This document shows positions 40,620 through 50,531 of a stretch of DNA of 64,000 nt, piece by piece; within the stretch, counting starts at the first letter, position 1, and each line of letters opens with the position of its first letter. Origin of the DNA: an uncultured Muribaculaceae bacterium (GTDB lineage: Bacteria; Bacillota_I; Bacilli_A; RF39; UBA660); NCBI GenBank assembly GCA_964397485.1, contig CAYNHT010000004.1:7825-71824 (forward strand), in the 5' to 3' direction. Below the pieces are notes generated by a model that worked only from the letters and a program-made list of their open reading frames with translations, did no database searches and was not told where the DNA came from. The position numbers were made by a program, and so were the translations under genes.

Positions 40620-42692
40620 TTAGTTTCCACCATTTTTCTTAATAATATCTTCAGCGATATTTCTAGGAACTTCTTCATAATGATCAAATACCATAGTAAA
40701 TGTTCCACGACCTTGTGTATTAGAACGTAATGAAGTTGCATATCCAAACATCTCTGAAAGTGGTACCATAGCATCTATTGCTAAAGCATTACCACGTGAT
40801 TCTTGACCTAATGGTCTACCACGACGAGATGTAACATCACCCATAACATTTCCTAAATATTCATCAGGAACTACTACTTGAACTTTCATAATTGGTTCAA
40901 GTAAAATTGGTTTACATTTACTTTTAGCTTCTTTTAAAGCCATACTAGCAGCTATTTTGAAAGCCATTTCTGATGAATCTACATCATGGTATGAACCATC
41001 AAATAAAGTTGCTTTAACATCAACCATTGGGTAACCTGATAAAACACCTGTTTTTAAAGCATCTTGTAATCCTTTATCTGTTACTGGAATATATTCACGA
41101 GGAACAACTCCACCAACAACTGCATCAACGAACTCATAACCCTTATCAGGATTTGGTTCAAATTTGATCCAAACGTGTCCGTATTGTCCACGACCACCAG
41201 ATTGTTTAATGTACTTACCTTCACATTCAGCCGCTACTGTTAATGTTTCACGATAAGAAACTTGTGGTTTACCAATGTTAGCCTCAACACCAAATTCACG
41301 ACGCATTCTATCAACAATGATATCAAGGTGAAGTTCACCCATACCAGCAATGATAGTTTGCCCTGTTTCATGATTAGTGCTTGCTCTAAATGTAGGATCT
41401 TCTTCTGATAACTTTTGTAAAGCCGTCCCCATTTTATCTTGATCAGCTTTTGATTTTGGTTCAACTGCTAATTCAATAACCGGTTCAGGGAAAACCATTG
41501 ATTCAAGAATACAAGCTTTCTTTTCATCACATAAAGTATCTCCTGTTGTAGTATTTTTAAGACCTACTGCTGCTGCAATATCTCCAGCATACACTTCACT
41601 GATTTCTGTACGAGTATTAGCATGCATTTGTAATAAACGACCAATTCTTTCTTTAGTATTCTTAGTTGCATTTAAAACATAAGAACCACTAGTCATATGA
41701 CCAGAGTAAACTCTGAAGAATGTTAATTTTCCAACAAATGGGTCAGTCATTACCTTAAACGCTAATGCACTAAACGGTTCATTATCTGAAGGATGTCTTT
41801 CGATTTCATTGTCATTTAAATCAATACCTTTAATTGATTCAATATCACTAGGTGCCGGTAAGTAATCAACAACAGCATCTAATAATAATTTAACACCTAC
41901 ATTACCTAAAGCAGTTCCACATAATACTGGGAAAAACTCAACTGCAAGCGTTCCTTTACGAATTGCTTTTTTAATTAATTCAACAGAAATTTCCTCGTCA
42001 GCCAAGTATTTTTCCATTAATTCATCATCAAATTCAGCTACTGCCTCTATTAGTTCATTTCGTTTTTCTTCAACTAAATCAACTAAATCAGCGGGAATAT
42101 CGATAATAGTTGGTTCTTCTTCTTGTTTACGATCATATTGATATGCTGTTTTTGTAACTAGGTCAATAACACCATTGAATTCATTTTCTGCCCCAATTGG
42201 CCATTCAATTGGTTTAGCATTTACGCCTAAACGGCTATCAATAGTACTTAAACTGTATTCAAAGTTCGCACCCATTTTATCCATTTTATTAGCAAAAATC
42301 ATTCTTGGAACTTTGAATTCAGTAGCTTGACGCCAAACTGTTTCTGTTTGTGGTTCAACACCAGCTTGAGCATCTAAAAGAGCAACTGCTCCATCTAATA
42401 CTCTAAGTGATCTTGATACTTCAACTGTAAAATCTACGTGGCCCGGAGTATCAATGATATTAAATCGGTGATTTTTCCAAAAAGCTGTAGTAGCTGCTGA
42501 AGTAATAGTTATACCACGTTCTTGTTCTTGTTCCATCCAGTCCATTTGAGAAGCTCCATCATGAGTTTCCCCAATTTTATGGATTTTTTTAGTATGGAAT
42601 AATATACGCTCAGTACAAGTTGTTTTACCTGCATCTATATGCGCCATAATTCCAAAGTTACGTGTTTTTTCTAAACTATATTCACGAGCCAT
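40620..42692 (-). CDS. fusA: Elongation factor G.
   Basis: [21 protein letters not shown]; 690 aa. Confidence 0.97.
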   Translation of the reverse strand: MAREYSLEKTRNFGIMAHIDAGKTTCTERILFHTKKIHKIGETHDGASQMDWMEQEQERGITITSAATTAFWKNHRFNIIDTPGHVDFTVEVSRSLRVLDGAVALLDAQAGVEPQTETVWRQATEFKVPRMIFANKMDKMGANFEYSLSTIDSRLGVNAKPIEWPIGAENEFNGVIDLVTKTAYQYDRKQEEEPTIIDIPADLVDLVEEKRNELIEAVAEFDDELMEKYLADEEISVELIKKAIRKGTLAVEFFPVLCGTALGNVGVKLLLDAVVDYLPAPSDIESIKGIDLNDNEIERHPSDNEPFSALAFKVMTDPFVGKLTFFRVYSGHMTSGSYVLNATKNTKERIGRLLQMHANTRTEISEVYAGDIAAAVGLKNTTTGDTLCDEKKACILESMVFPEPVIELAVEPKSKADQDKMGTALQKLSEEDPTFRASTNHETGQTIIAGMGELHLDIIVDRMRREFGVEANIGKPQVSYRETLTVAAECEGKYIKQSGGRGQYGHVWIKFEPNPDKGYEFVDAVVGGVVPREYIPVTDKGLQDALKTGVLSGYPMVDVKATLFDGSYHDVDSSEMAFKIAASMALKEAKSKCKPILLEPIMKVQVVVPDEYLGNVMGDVTSRRGRPLGQESRGNALAIDAMVPLSEMFGYATSLRSNTQGRGTFTMVFDHYEEVPRNIAEDIIKKNGGN

Positions 42693-42719
42693 ACTATATT
42701 TCCTTTCTTATTTATAAAA

Positions 42720-43187
42720 TTACCAACGGTAATGAGCAAATGCCTTGTTAGCTTCTGCCATTCTATGGGTATCTTCACGTTTTTTAACTGCTGCACCTAC
42801 ACCATTAGAAGCATCAATAATTTCATTAGCTAAATTCTCAGCCATACTATGTCCACCTCTAAGTCTTGCATATTGCACTAACCAACGTAATCCTAAAGCT
42901 TGACTACGGTCAGCTCTAACTTCAATTGGTACTTGATAATTTGCACCACCAACACGACGAGATTTAACCTCTAATGCTGGTTTAATGTTAGTAATTGCTT
43001 TATTAAATACTTCCATAGGATCTTGGTCTGTTTTTTCCTTAATCATATCAAAAGCATCATATAAAATAGTTTGAGCTACACCCTTTTTACCGTCTAACAT
43101 CAAACGATTAATTAACTTAGTAACTAATTTTGAGTTATACATAGGATCTGCTAAAACATCTCTTTTAACTGCACGTCTTTTACGCAT
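42720..43187 (-). CDS. rpsG: 30S ribosomal protein S7.
   Basis: 155 aa; canonical S7 sequence with C-terminal ...AFAHYRW. Confidence 0.95.
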   Translation of the reverse strand: MRKRRAVKRDVLADPMYNSKLVTKLINRLMLDGKKGVAQTILYDAFDMIKEKTDQDPMEVFNKAITNIKPALEVKSRRVGGANYQVPIEVRADRSQALGLRWLVQYARLRGGHSMAENLANEIIDASNGVGAAVKKREDTHRMAEANKAFAHYRW

Positions 43188-43226
43188 AATAATCCTCCCT
43201 TCGTTTATACATGTAAACTATATTTT

Positions 43227-43646
43227 TTATTTTTTATCTTTTGGTCTTTTCGCACCGTATTTAGAACGGCCTTGACGACGTTTTTCAACACCAGCAGTAT
43301 CTAATGTACCGCGAATTATATGATAACGAACACCAATTAAGTCCTTAACACGTCCACCACGAATTAACACAACACTATGTTCTTGTAAATTGTGACCTTC
43401 ACCACCAATATAAGCAGTAACTTCATATCCATTACTTAATCTTACACGGGCATATTTACGAAGAGCCGAGTTTGGTTTTTTCGGTGTCATTGTTCCAACA
43501 CGAGTACAAACACCACGTTTTTGAGGGGAATTTAATTCAGTTTCTTTCTTTTCTTTACTGTTAAATCCTATACTTAAAACTGGAGATTTACTTTTCTTAG
43601 TTTTTGCATTTCTTCTTTTTCTAACTAATTGATTAATTGTTGGCAT
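43227..43646 (-). CDS. rpsL: 30S ribosomal protein S12. Start corrected to ATG at 43646 ([10 protein letters not shown]) with a GGAGG RBS; the ORF-track start at 43688 is an extension.
   Basis: [11 protein letters not shown] ... [10 protein letters not shown] ... a canonical S12 sequence; 139 aa. Confidence 0.95.
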   Translation of the reverse strand: MPTINQLVRKRRNAKTKKSKSPVLSIGFNSKEKKETELNSPQKRGVCTRVGTMTPKKPNSALRKYARVRLSNGYEVTAYIGGEGHNLQEHSVVLIRGGRVKDLIGVRYHIIRGTLDTAGVEKRRQGRSKYGAKRPKDKK

Positions 43647-43741
43647 AAATATTGTCCTCCTTCCATTACACACATCCAGGTGTTTCAAATTTATACTTAA
43701 TTAAAGATTTACCAAAGTAAACCTTAATTAAATGCAGTAAT

Positions 43742-43771
43742 ACTATAACACTTTTAGTGTATGCTTGTCAA
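43742..43771 (-). promoter_or_regulatory. Promoter for the rpsL-rpsG-fusA-tuf (str) operon: TTGACA-18-TATAGT.
   Basis: Minus strand TTGACAagcatacactaaaagtgtTATAGT, ~95 nt upstream of the rpsL ATG. It shows the str operon is transcribed independently of the inserted block upstream. Confidence 0.5.
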
Positions 43772-43798
43772 TTATTTTTATTCATATTTTAATTTTTT

Positions 43799-44275
43799 CT
43801 AATTATTATTATCTAGTCTTTCTAAATAACCACTTGTTTGATACCTCTCCCCACATTTTAAATAGGGTTCATAATTTTCTATGCTAGAATCTCTTAGGAC
43901 GTTAACATAACCACTACAAATAATATTATTATTTATTGGATCATTGATTACACCAATAAAATTATCTTTTTGCAAAGACTTTACTGTTATGGTTAATCTT
44001 GTGCCGACAGGTACTCCTAAAGCATAATATTTATTAATATATTCTTGAGTAGCTTTGATCATCGTTCCCTCTACCTTACGATAACTGCTAATATTTTCAT
44101 TATTAATATAATTATTTCCAGGTTTATTATTATTGTTGTTACGAGCAGTAATTGGATTAGTAATTGGTAACTTATTAAAATTTTTATTAATTGTAACTGC
44201 CACAATAATTATACAAAGAGCCAAGATTCCACAAAATCCCAACATTGCTCTTAATCCCCATCCGTGGTTATTCAT
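43799..44275 (-). CDS. Membrane-anchored hypothetical protein (158 aa).
   Basis: N-terminal TM segment (LGFCGILALCIIIVAVTI) then an Asn-rich extracellular region; starts 10 nt after the NrtR-like gene, so probably co-transcribed. Confidence 0.5.
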   Translation of the reverse strand: MNNHGWGLRAMLGFCGILALCIIIVAVTINKNFNKLPITNPITARNNNNNKPGNNYINNENISSYRKVEGTMIKATQEYINKYYALGVPVGTRLTITVKSLQKDNFIGVINDPINNNIICSGYVNVLRDSSIENYEPYLKCGERYQTSGYLERLDNNN

Positions 44276-44285
44276 AAGAACCTCC

Positions 44286-44957
44286 CTAAAATAAATTTCT
44301 TTCTTTTATTTCCTCTTTGAATTGATATAATTTAGCAGGTCTACCATTAGCCCCTTCATTCTTATATCCAGTGTCTTCAATTAGACCCAAATTAATGAAT
44401 TTTTTACGGAAATTTCTTCGGTCCAATTCCTGACCAAGTATTTGCTCATATACCCTTTGCAATTCTGGTAAAGTAAAATCACTTGGGAATAGACTCTTTA
44501 ACACATTACTATTAACTATTTTCTTTCTTAAATGTTCAATTGCATTTTCAATTATAATTTCATGATCATATCCCATCTTAGGTATGGCATCAATCGTAAA
44601 CCATGAACTTTCAATGTTAGACCTTTCTTCTCTTTTTATTTCAATACTTTTACTATCAATTAATCCAATAAATGAACATGCAATAATTCGTTCATCCGGA
44701 TTACGATTGATTTCACTAAATACATGAGCTTGTTCTATAAATAAATTAGGTATTCCACATTTGTCAAATACAACATCACTAATATTATCTTCCAAAGTTT
44801 CTGTATCAGTCAAAAATCCTCCTGGTAAAGTCCAGTATCCTTTGTAAGGTTCAGTTTTTTTACGTAATAATAAAACCTTTAACTTTCCTTTATCGATCGT
44901 AAAAATACTTATTAATGTTTCTACAATATTACTATATTCCTTACTAGAATCATTCAT
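44286..44957 (-). CDS. nrtR: NrtR-family regulator: degenerate (non-catalytic) Nudix domain plus a C-terminal winged-helix DNA-binding domain.
   Basis: Nudix box skeleton G-x5-E-x7-..-G-U is present (GGFLTDTETLEDNISDVVFDKCGI), but REx2EE is replaced by DVVFDK. C-terminal LPELQRVYEQILGQELDRRNFRKKF...GRPAKLYQF matches the NrtR wHTH domain as I recall it. Confidence 0.55.
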   Translation of the reverse strand: MNDSSKEYSNIVETLISIFTIDKGKLKVLLLRKKTEPYKGYWTLPGGFLTDTETLEDNISDVVFDKCGIPNLFIEQAHVFSEINRNPDERIIACSFIGLIDSKSIEIKREERSNIESSWFTIDAIPKMGYDHEIIIENAIEHLRKKIVNSNVLKSLFPSDFTLPELQRVYEQILGQELDRRNFRKKFINLGLIEDTGYKNEGANGRPAKLYQFKEEIKERNLF

Positions 44958-44995
44958 TTTCTATCTCTCCTTTTGTGTTTTAACTACACAGCTAT

Positions 44996-45024
44996 ATTAT
45001 AATATTTTTAGAGGATAATGTCAA
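44996..45024 (-). promoter_or_regulatory. Perfect-consensus sigma-A promoter (TTGACA-17-TATAAT) upstream of the NrtR-like gene.
   Basis: Minus strand TTGACAttatcctctaaaaatatTATAAT (plus 45019-45024 and 44996-45001), followed by AAAGGAGAG RBS and ATG at 44957. Confidence 0.55.
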
Positions 45025-45087
45025 TTATGATTTTACATATACACTTATTATGAGGCAATTATCTATAAATATTATATATAATTAAGA

Positions 45088-45115
45088 AAAAAAAGTTAAA
45101 TAAATGTTTAACCTT
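45088..45115 (-). terminator. Terminator after array B paralog 1.
   Basis: Hairpin GTTAAA-CATTTA-TTTAAC followed by TTTTTTTT on the minus strand. Confidence 0.45.
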
Positions 45116-45121
45116 CATTTC

Positions 45122-47713
45122 TTAATTTGTTGGGGTTATCGACATATCAAAATTACGTAACTCATATATTGCAAAACCTGCTTGAGTTCCTGTTATATCT
45201 TTATTAGTAGTAAAAATTATACTTTGAATTTTATGCTGCTTTGGTTTTACCGTAATATAGAATACAGGATAAGTTGAATCAGCTAAAATTCCATTAGTCT
45301 TAATAATATCAATTGGATTAGAATAATGATTAGCTGGTGTATAAAGAGAGTTTGATACAATTACTAACGGTTCTAAATATCCACTATCAACGCAATCTTC
45401 AATACTAGCGACATATCCATCTTCAAATTTTATTTTAAAATTACTAACAGTTACACTTCCACTATTATATAATCTAAAAAACATTTGATTCCAATTTAAT
45501 TTGTTATCAGGCTCATTGTCAACTAAATATTCGCGTTCTCCAGCAAATACCTGTTTAACATTACCAACTTTTTCAATGTTAGTTAACATTTTACTATCAT
45601 CACTATTAAACGGTCTTAAACATTGACCATAATCATAATTATTATTACCAATTGTTTCAAATGAACTACACCAACCTTTTAAATCTTTGGTTGGATCATT
45701 GCTTGTATATATATTATCGTAGTTCATACTTATATCACTTCCATAATTAGGTTGTATATTTTTTAATTTTTCAATTAATACTACAGGTTCTTGGAAAATT
45801 TTAGATAAATTTAAATTACTATCATAACTAACCAACATAGCATCACTATGTCCTTTGTTAAAGTTTTTTAAATCCATATTAGAAGAATAAGTACTTCCTG
45901 ATACTATATATTGACCATTACCTGCTTTTATCATATTTCTAAATTTTTCACTGTTATCTCCACCAAATACTTTTTTAGAAATTACATTTCCATTAGTTAT
46001 ATTATACTTTACAATAATTGCATTACTATATCCTTCATTGGATTTAGATATTCCAGTCATATCTAAATCGGATGATTTGCTATACCCTATTACTACAACT
46101 TCGTTATTGTCGCTTTTTTCTATTGCATAAAATACGTCATCATTACTTCCTCCAAATGAATTTTTCCACAAAACCGTATCTAAATTTTTATTATATTTTA
46201 TTATTACAGCATCTACATAACCATTACTTGCCTTACTTAATCCGGACATATCCATATTATTAGCGGCACTTTGACCAACTACTATGTAACCGTCTGATAC
46301 TTCAATAACATCATAAAAATAAGTGTGTCCATCACCACAAAAAGTATTCTTTGTTAATATATCTAAACTACTATTGTATTTTACAATTATACCAATGTAA
46401 TTAAAATTGCTTGGACATGTTGTTCCAGCCATATCACCATTTACTGAAGCTGAATTACCTACAACAATATAATTAGAGTCAGCTGAAGCTAACAGACTTT
46501 GATATGCATCAGCGGACGCCCCACTAAATATATGATGATCTATTATATTTAAATTTAAATCATATGACATTATTATTGCATCCAAACTACCAGGAACAGC
46601 TGGTCTTACTAATGAAGCTACATCTCCATCAAATGTAGAAGACAGTATATGGCCAACTACTACAATCTTATTTTCTTGATTAATTACTTTTATAAATGTT
46701 TCATAATTATTGTTTGATGAACCAAAAACTTTATTAATAATTACTTCACCTTGCTTATTGTATTTAACAATAACCGCATCACTCGGACCACCTTTATAAT
46801 CAACTATGTCACCGTCACTACTTGCCGTTGTACCTACAGCAATATAACCGTCCACCGTTTCTACAACTGAATTAAACGAATCCTCATTGCTTCCACCATA
46901 GTTTTTACTCCATAGGACATTGCCTTGATTATCAAACTTTACTATAATGGCGTCAAAACCACCATTATTACCGGTCCCATATTTTGTTATTACTTCAGAA
47001 TTACTTTTACCAACTGCTATATATCCGCCATCACTTGTTTCTTTAACATCATTAAATTCATCAAGATATTTACCACCATAACTTACATAATGACTCGCAA
47101 ATGTTGAGGCATCAAGTAGACAATCTACATAAGCATTATAACCATAACTATCAGCACCAACTTTCTCAATCTCTACATAACCTACACAACGATTTGTTAA
47201 ATCAGTTGGGATTCTTATCTCAGCAACTTTTTCTTCATCAATTAATAAGTTAAGATCAAGCATTGTTGTTTCACCAATCTCAGTTGGCAAAGTAACATTC
47301 ATACTTTTGGCACTTGCAACCATTTTCTGTTGGTACCATTTAAATGAATCATTATCATAAAGTTGTAACGAATAATTAACTATCCCATTTTCCTTATAAA
47401 TTAATACTTTTGTTTCATCTGGTATTTCTTGATTATTTAAAGGGTTTAAAATTTTTCCCCTTAAATATCCCGTTTCTTTTAATCTTCCTACTTCAACATA
47501 AGTTGTATCTCCTTCCCATACTAACTCATCATTATATTTAAAATAATATAATTCGGCTGATTTGGCAACCATGTCTCTTTGTCTGTCATAGACTCCACCT
47601 TTACTTCTATCAATAATATTCATTATTATTGGGGTTGCTATTAGGGCTATGATTGCAAGAATCACTATTACTGCAAGTAACTCTATTAAAGTAAATCCTC
47701 TTTTCTTTTTCAT
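45122..47713 (-). CDS. Giant prepilin-signal SBBP beta-propeller repeat protein, array B paralog 1 (~864 aa). Start set to ATG at 47713 (MKKKRGFTLIEL...); the ORF-track start at 47773 adds 20 non-homologous residues.
   Basis: Class III signal peptide; conserved ~200-aa N-terminal domain; >=6 repeats of the form DGGY.AVG.S.S.D.D...GG.DA.IVKYD..GN..W.K.FGGS..D.F (SBBP-like); conserved ~280-aa C-terminal domain ending IYELRNFDMSITPTN. Confidence 0.8.
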   Translation of the reverse strand: MKKKRGFTLIELLAVIVILAIIALIATPIIMNIIDRSKGGVYDRQRDMVAKSAELYYFKYNDELVWEGDTTYVEVGRLKETGYLRGKILNPLNNQEIPDETKVLIYKENGIVNYSLQLYDNDSFKWYQQKMVASAKSMNVTLPTEIGETTMLDLNLLIDEEKVAEIRIPTDLTNRCVGYVEIEKVGADSYGYNAYVDCLLDASTFASHYVSYGGKYLDEFNDVKETSDGGYIAVGKSNSEVITKYGTGNNGGFDAIIVKFDNQGNVLWSKNYGGSNEDSFNSVVETVDGYIAVGTTASSDGDIVDYKGGPSDAVIVKYNKQGEVIINKVFGSSNNNYETFIKVINQENKIVVVGHILSSTFDGDVASLVRPAVPGSLDAIIMSYDLNLNIIDHHIFSGASADAYQSLLASADSNYIVVGNSASVNGDMAGTTCPSNFNYIGIIVKYNSSLDILTKNTFCGDGHTYFYDVIEVSDGYIVVGQSAANNMDMSGLSKASNGYVDAVIIKYNKNLDTVLWKNSFGGSNDDVFYAIEKSDNNEVVVIGYSKSSDLDMTGISKSNEGYSNAIIVKYNITNGNVISKKVFGGDNSEKFRNMIKAGNGQYIVSGSTYSSNMDLKNFNKGHSDAMLVSYDSNLNLSKIFQEPVVLIEKLKNIQPNYGSDISMNYDNIYTSNDPTKDLKGWCSSFETIGNNNYDYGQCLRPFNSDDSKMLTNIEKVGNVKQVFAGEREYLVDNEPDNKLNWNQMFFRLYNSGSVTVSNFKIKFEDGYVASIEDCVDSGYLEPLVIVSNSLYTPANHYSNPIDIIKTNGILADSTYPVFYITVKPKQHKIQSIIFTTNKDITGTQAGFAIYELRNFDMSITPTN

Positions 47714-47744
47714 ACACTTTACTACCTTTCTATTATACATATAA

Positions 47745-47773
47745 ATAATAACACACCTGCTGTTTTTCGTCAA
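47745..47773 (-). promoter_or_regulatory. Promoter (TTGACG-17-TATTAT) for array B paralog 1.
   Basis: Minus strand: plus CGTCAA 47768-47773, 17-nt spacer, plus ATAATA 47745-47750. The same element sits upstream of paralogs 2 and 3. Confidence 0.4.
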
Positions 47774-47798
47774 TTAAATGTATATACATATATATTGA

Positions 47799-47826
47799 TT
47801 GAAAGAAAAAAAGAGTTAAACTCTTT
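47799..47826 (-). terminator. Terminator immediately after array B paralog 2.
   Basis: AAAGAG-TTAAA-CTCTTT hairpin abutting the stop codon, then TTTTTTCTTTC on the minus strand. Confidence 0.45.
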
Positions 47827-50427
47827 TTAATTGGTCGGTGTTATTGACATATCAAAATTACGCAATTCATATATTTGTAACCCGTCAGTGTTATTAATAA
47901 TTTGACGATTAGAAGTAAAAATTACACTGCTTAATTTTGATTTTTTAGGCTTTATTTTTATATCTATATTTGGATAATTTCCGACTCCTGTAGTTCCTCC
48001 CGTATTAATAATATCCAATGAGTTAGGAAAGAAATATGTAGTTGAGTTTAATAATAAAGAGGATACAACAACCATTGGCTCAATATAATTATTAGCTAAT
48101 GCATCGCTAATACTAGCTACATAACCGTCTTCAAATTTAAGTTTCAAATTTGAAATCTCAATTGTATTTCCACCACCGCTTAAAAAATACAAATATATTC
48201 TATACCAATTATAATTGTTGTCTGGTTGTTTTTCTATTTCATATTCGTGTTCTCCTGCATATACAACTTTAAAATTAGAAGTATTTTCACCATTAGTTAA
48301 AAGTCTAATATCATCATTATTAAATGGGAATAAACAATAACCATAATTATGATTAATATTAGGAGCATAATTAGTTCCAGAACTACACCAGTTGCCAATA
48401 TCAACACTAGGATTATTAGATGTATATACATTGTCATAATATGAAGAAATTTCAGTACCGTAATTTGGAACAATCGTTTTTAATTTATCAATTATCACAA
48501 CTGGTTCTTCGAACGTTTTAATTAGGTTCAAGTTACTATCATAACTGACTAAGATTGCATCTCTATGTCCTTTATTAAAGTTTTGCAAGTTATAATTATT
48601 TGAATATGTTCCACCTGCTATAACATATCTATTATTATCATTTCTTATAATAGCATTAAAAGCATCACTATTACTTCCACCGAAAACTTTCTTTTGCAAT
48701 ACATTTCCACTTCCATTATATGTAACTAAAAATGCATTACTATATCCACTTCCTGATACAGTTATACCATTCATATCCATATCTTCTGATTTACTATATC
48801 CAACAACAGCAAATTCCTCATTACTAATTTTTAATATATCTCTGACATAATCTTCATCCGAACCACCAAAACTCTTTTTCCAAACAATATTTGATAAGTT
48901 TTTATCATATTTAACTATGATACCATCATATATTTCAGAATCTGTTTTACTCAAGTCAGTCATATCTCCATTAATAGAAGCGCTATATCCCACTGTAATA
49001 TATCCATTATCAACTTCAATTGCACCATTAAATAGTTCTGACTTACTTCCCTTGAAAGAATTTTTATATTCTAGATTACCATTACTATCATATTTTATGA
49101 TTATCGCATCGCTATCTGCATAGGTAGTATCATATGCTAATCCAAGCATATCGTGGTCAAATGAACTCGAACCACCAGTAACAAGATATCCATTATCACT
49201 TGTTTGCATTACGGTGTTAAAGTTTTCATAATATGTTCCTGAGAAAAAACTTCTCCATACGGTATTAAAATTATTATCAAATTTAATAATTATACCGGCA
49301 CTTCTCGTTCCTGGAGCAGTAACACCTGTCATATCTCCGTCTTTCACTAAGATACATGAACTTCCTACAACAATAAAACCATCATTAACTTTAATAATAT
49401 CTCTAAATGCATCAGTTCCATTTGTACCAGATGAACCATAACTTATTTTATTAACAACATTACCACTTAGATCATATTTAACTAAAATAGCATCATCAGT
49501 TCCACCTTTATATATACCTTCTAAATCTACATCATTTGAATTAGTATATCCAACTGCAACATATCCGTCAGTAGTTACAGCAACTGCACGAAAATAATCA
49601 TGACTAGTACCACCAAAATTTTTGCTCCATTCAACATTACCTTGACTATCAAATTTAACAATTATTGCATCATATTTTCCTTTAGTAGTATTTCCATATT
49701 TTGTTATGACTTCAGAATTACTCTCTCCTACTGCTATATATCCGCCATCAGCAGTTTGTTTAACATCATTAAACACATCTAAGTATTTTCCACCATAACT
49801 GACATAGTGACTTGCAAATGTTGATGCATCAATTAAACAGTCTACAAATGCATTATACTCATAATTGTTATTACCAATTTTTTCTATTTCTACATATCCT
49901 ACACAACGATTTGTTATATCGGTTGGTATTCTTATCTCGGCTGATTTTCCCTGATTAATTAACGTATTTAAATCAATAGTTGTTGTTTCTCCAACTTCGG
50001 TTGGTAGAGTGATATTCATGCTTTTCACACTTTCTACCATTTTTTGTTGATACCACTTAAATGAATCATTATCATATAACTGTAACGAGTAATTTACTAG
50101 CCCGTTTTCCTTATAGATTAATACCTTTGCATCATCTGGGATTTCTTGATTATTTAATGGGTTTAAGATTTTCCCCCTTAAATATCCTGTTTCTTTTAAT
50201 CTTCCAACTTCAACATAAGTTGTATTCCCTTCCCATACCAACTCATCATTATATTTAAAATAATATAATTCGGCTGATTTGGCAACCATGTCTCTTTGTC
50301 TATCATAAACTCCGCCCTTACTTCTATCAATAATATTCATTATTATTGGGGTTGCTATTAGAGCTATGATTGCTAGAATTACTATTACTGCGAGTAATTC
50401 TATTAATGTAAATCCTCTTTTTTTCAT
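47827..50427 (-). CDS. Giant prepilin-signal SBBP beta-propeller repeat protein, array B paralog 2 (866 aa).
   Basis: MKKRGFTLIELLAVIVILAIIALIATPIIMNIIDRSKGGVYDRQRDMVAKSAELYYFKYNDELVWEG..., almost identical over the first ~200 aa to paralogs 1, 3 and 4; divergent repeats in the middle; conserved C-terminus. Confidence 0.85.
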   Translation of the reverse strand: MKKRGFTLIELLAVIVILAIIALIATPIIMNIIDRSKGGVYDRQRDMVAKSAELYYFKYNDELVWEGNTTYVEVGRLKETGYLRGKILNPLNNQEIPDDAKVLIYKENGLVNYSLQLYDNDSFKWYQQKMVESVKSMNITLPTEVGETTTIDLNTLINQGKSAEIRIPTDITNRCVGYVEIEKIGNNNYEYNAFVDCLIDASTFASHYVSYGGKYLDVFNDVKQTADGGYIAVGESNSEVITKYGNTTKGKYDAIIVKFDSQGNVEWSKNFGGTSHDYFRAVAVTTDGYVAVGYTNSNDVDLEGIYKGGTDDAILVKYDLSGNVVNKISYGSSGTNGTDAFRDIIKVNDGFIVVGSSCILVKDGDMTGVTAPGTRSAGIIIKFDNNFNTVWRSFFSGTYYENFNTVMQTSDNGYLVTGGSSSFDHDMLGLAYDTTYADSDAIIIKYDSNGNLEYKNSFKGSKSELFNGAIEVDNGYITVGYSASINGDMTDLSKTDSEIYDGIIVKYDKNLSNIVWKKSFGGSDEDYVRDILKISNEEFAVVGYSKSEDMDMNGITVSGSGYSNAFLVTYNGSGNVLQKKVFGGSNSDAFNAIIRNDNNRYVIAGGTYSNNYNLQNFNKGHRDAILVSYDSNLNLIKTFEEPVVIIDKLKTIVPNYGTEISSYYDNVYTSNNPSVDIGNWCSSGTNYAPNINHNYGYCLFPFNNDDIRLLTNGENTSNFKVVYAGEHEYEIEKQPDNNYNWYRIYLYFLSGGGNTIEISNLKLKFEDGYVASISDALANNYIEPMVVVSSLLLNSTTYFFPNSLDIINTGGTTGVGNYPNIDIKIKPKKSKLSSVIFTSNRQIINNTDGLQIYELRNFDMSITPTN

Positions 50428-50459
50428 ATGTCAACTACCTTCCTTATCATTACATATAA

Positions 50460-50488
50460 ATAATAACATAACCATATTGTTTCGTCAA
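50460..50488 (-). promoter_or_regulatory. Promoter (TTGACG-17-TATTAT) for array B paralog 2.
   Basis: Plus CGTCAA 50483-50488 and ATAATA 50460-50465. Confidence 0.4.
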
Positions 50489-50508
50489 TTATTAGTATAC
50501 AGATAAAT

Positions 50509-50529
50509 GAAAAAAGAGTTTGAAACTCT
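50509..50529 (-). terminator. Terminator after array B paralog 3.
   Basis: AGAGTTT-G-AAACTCT hairpin with flanking T-run. Confidence 0.45.
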
Positions 50530-50531
50530 CT

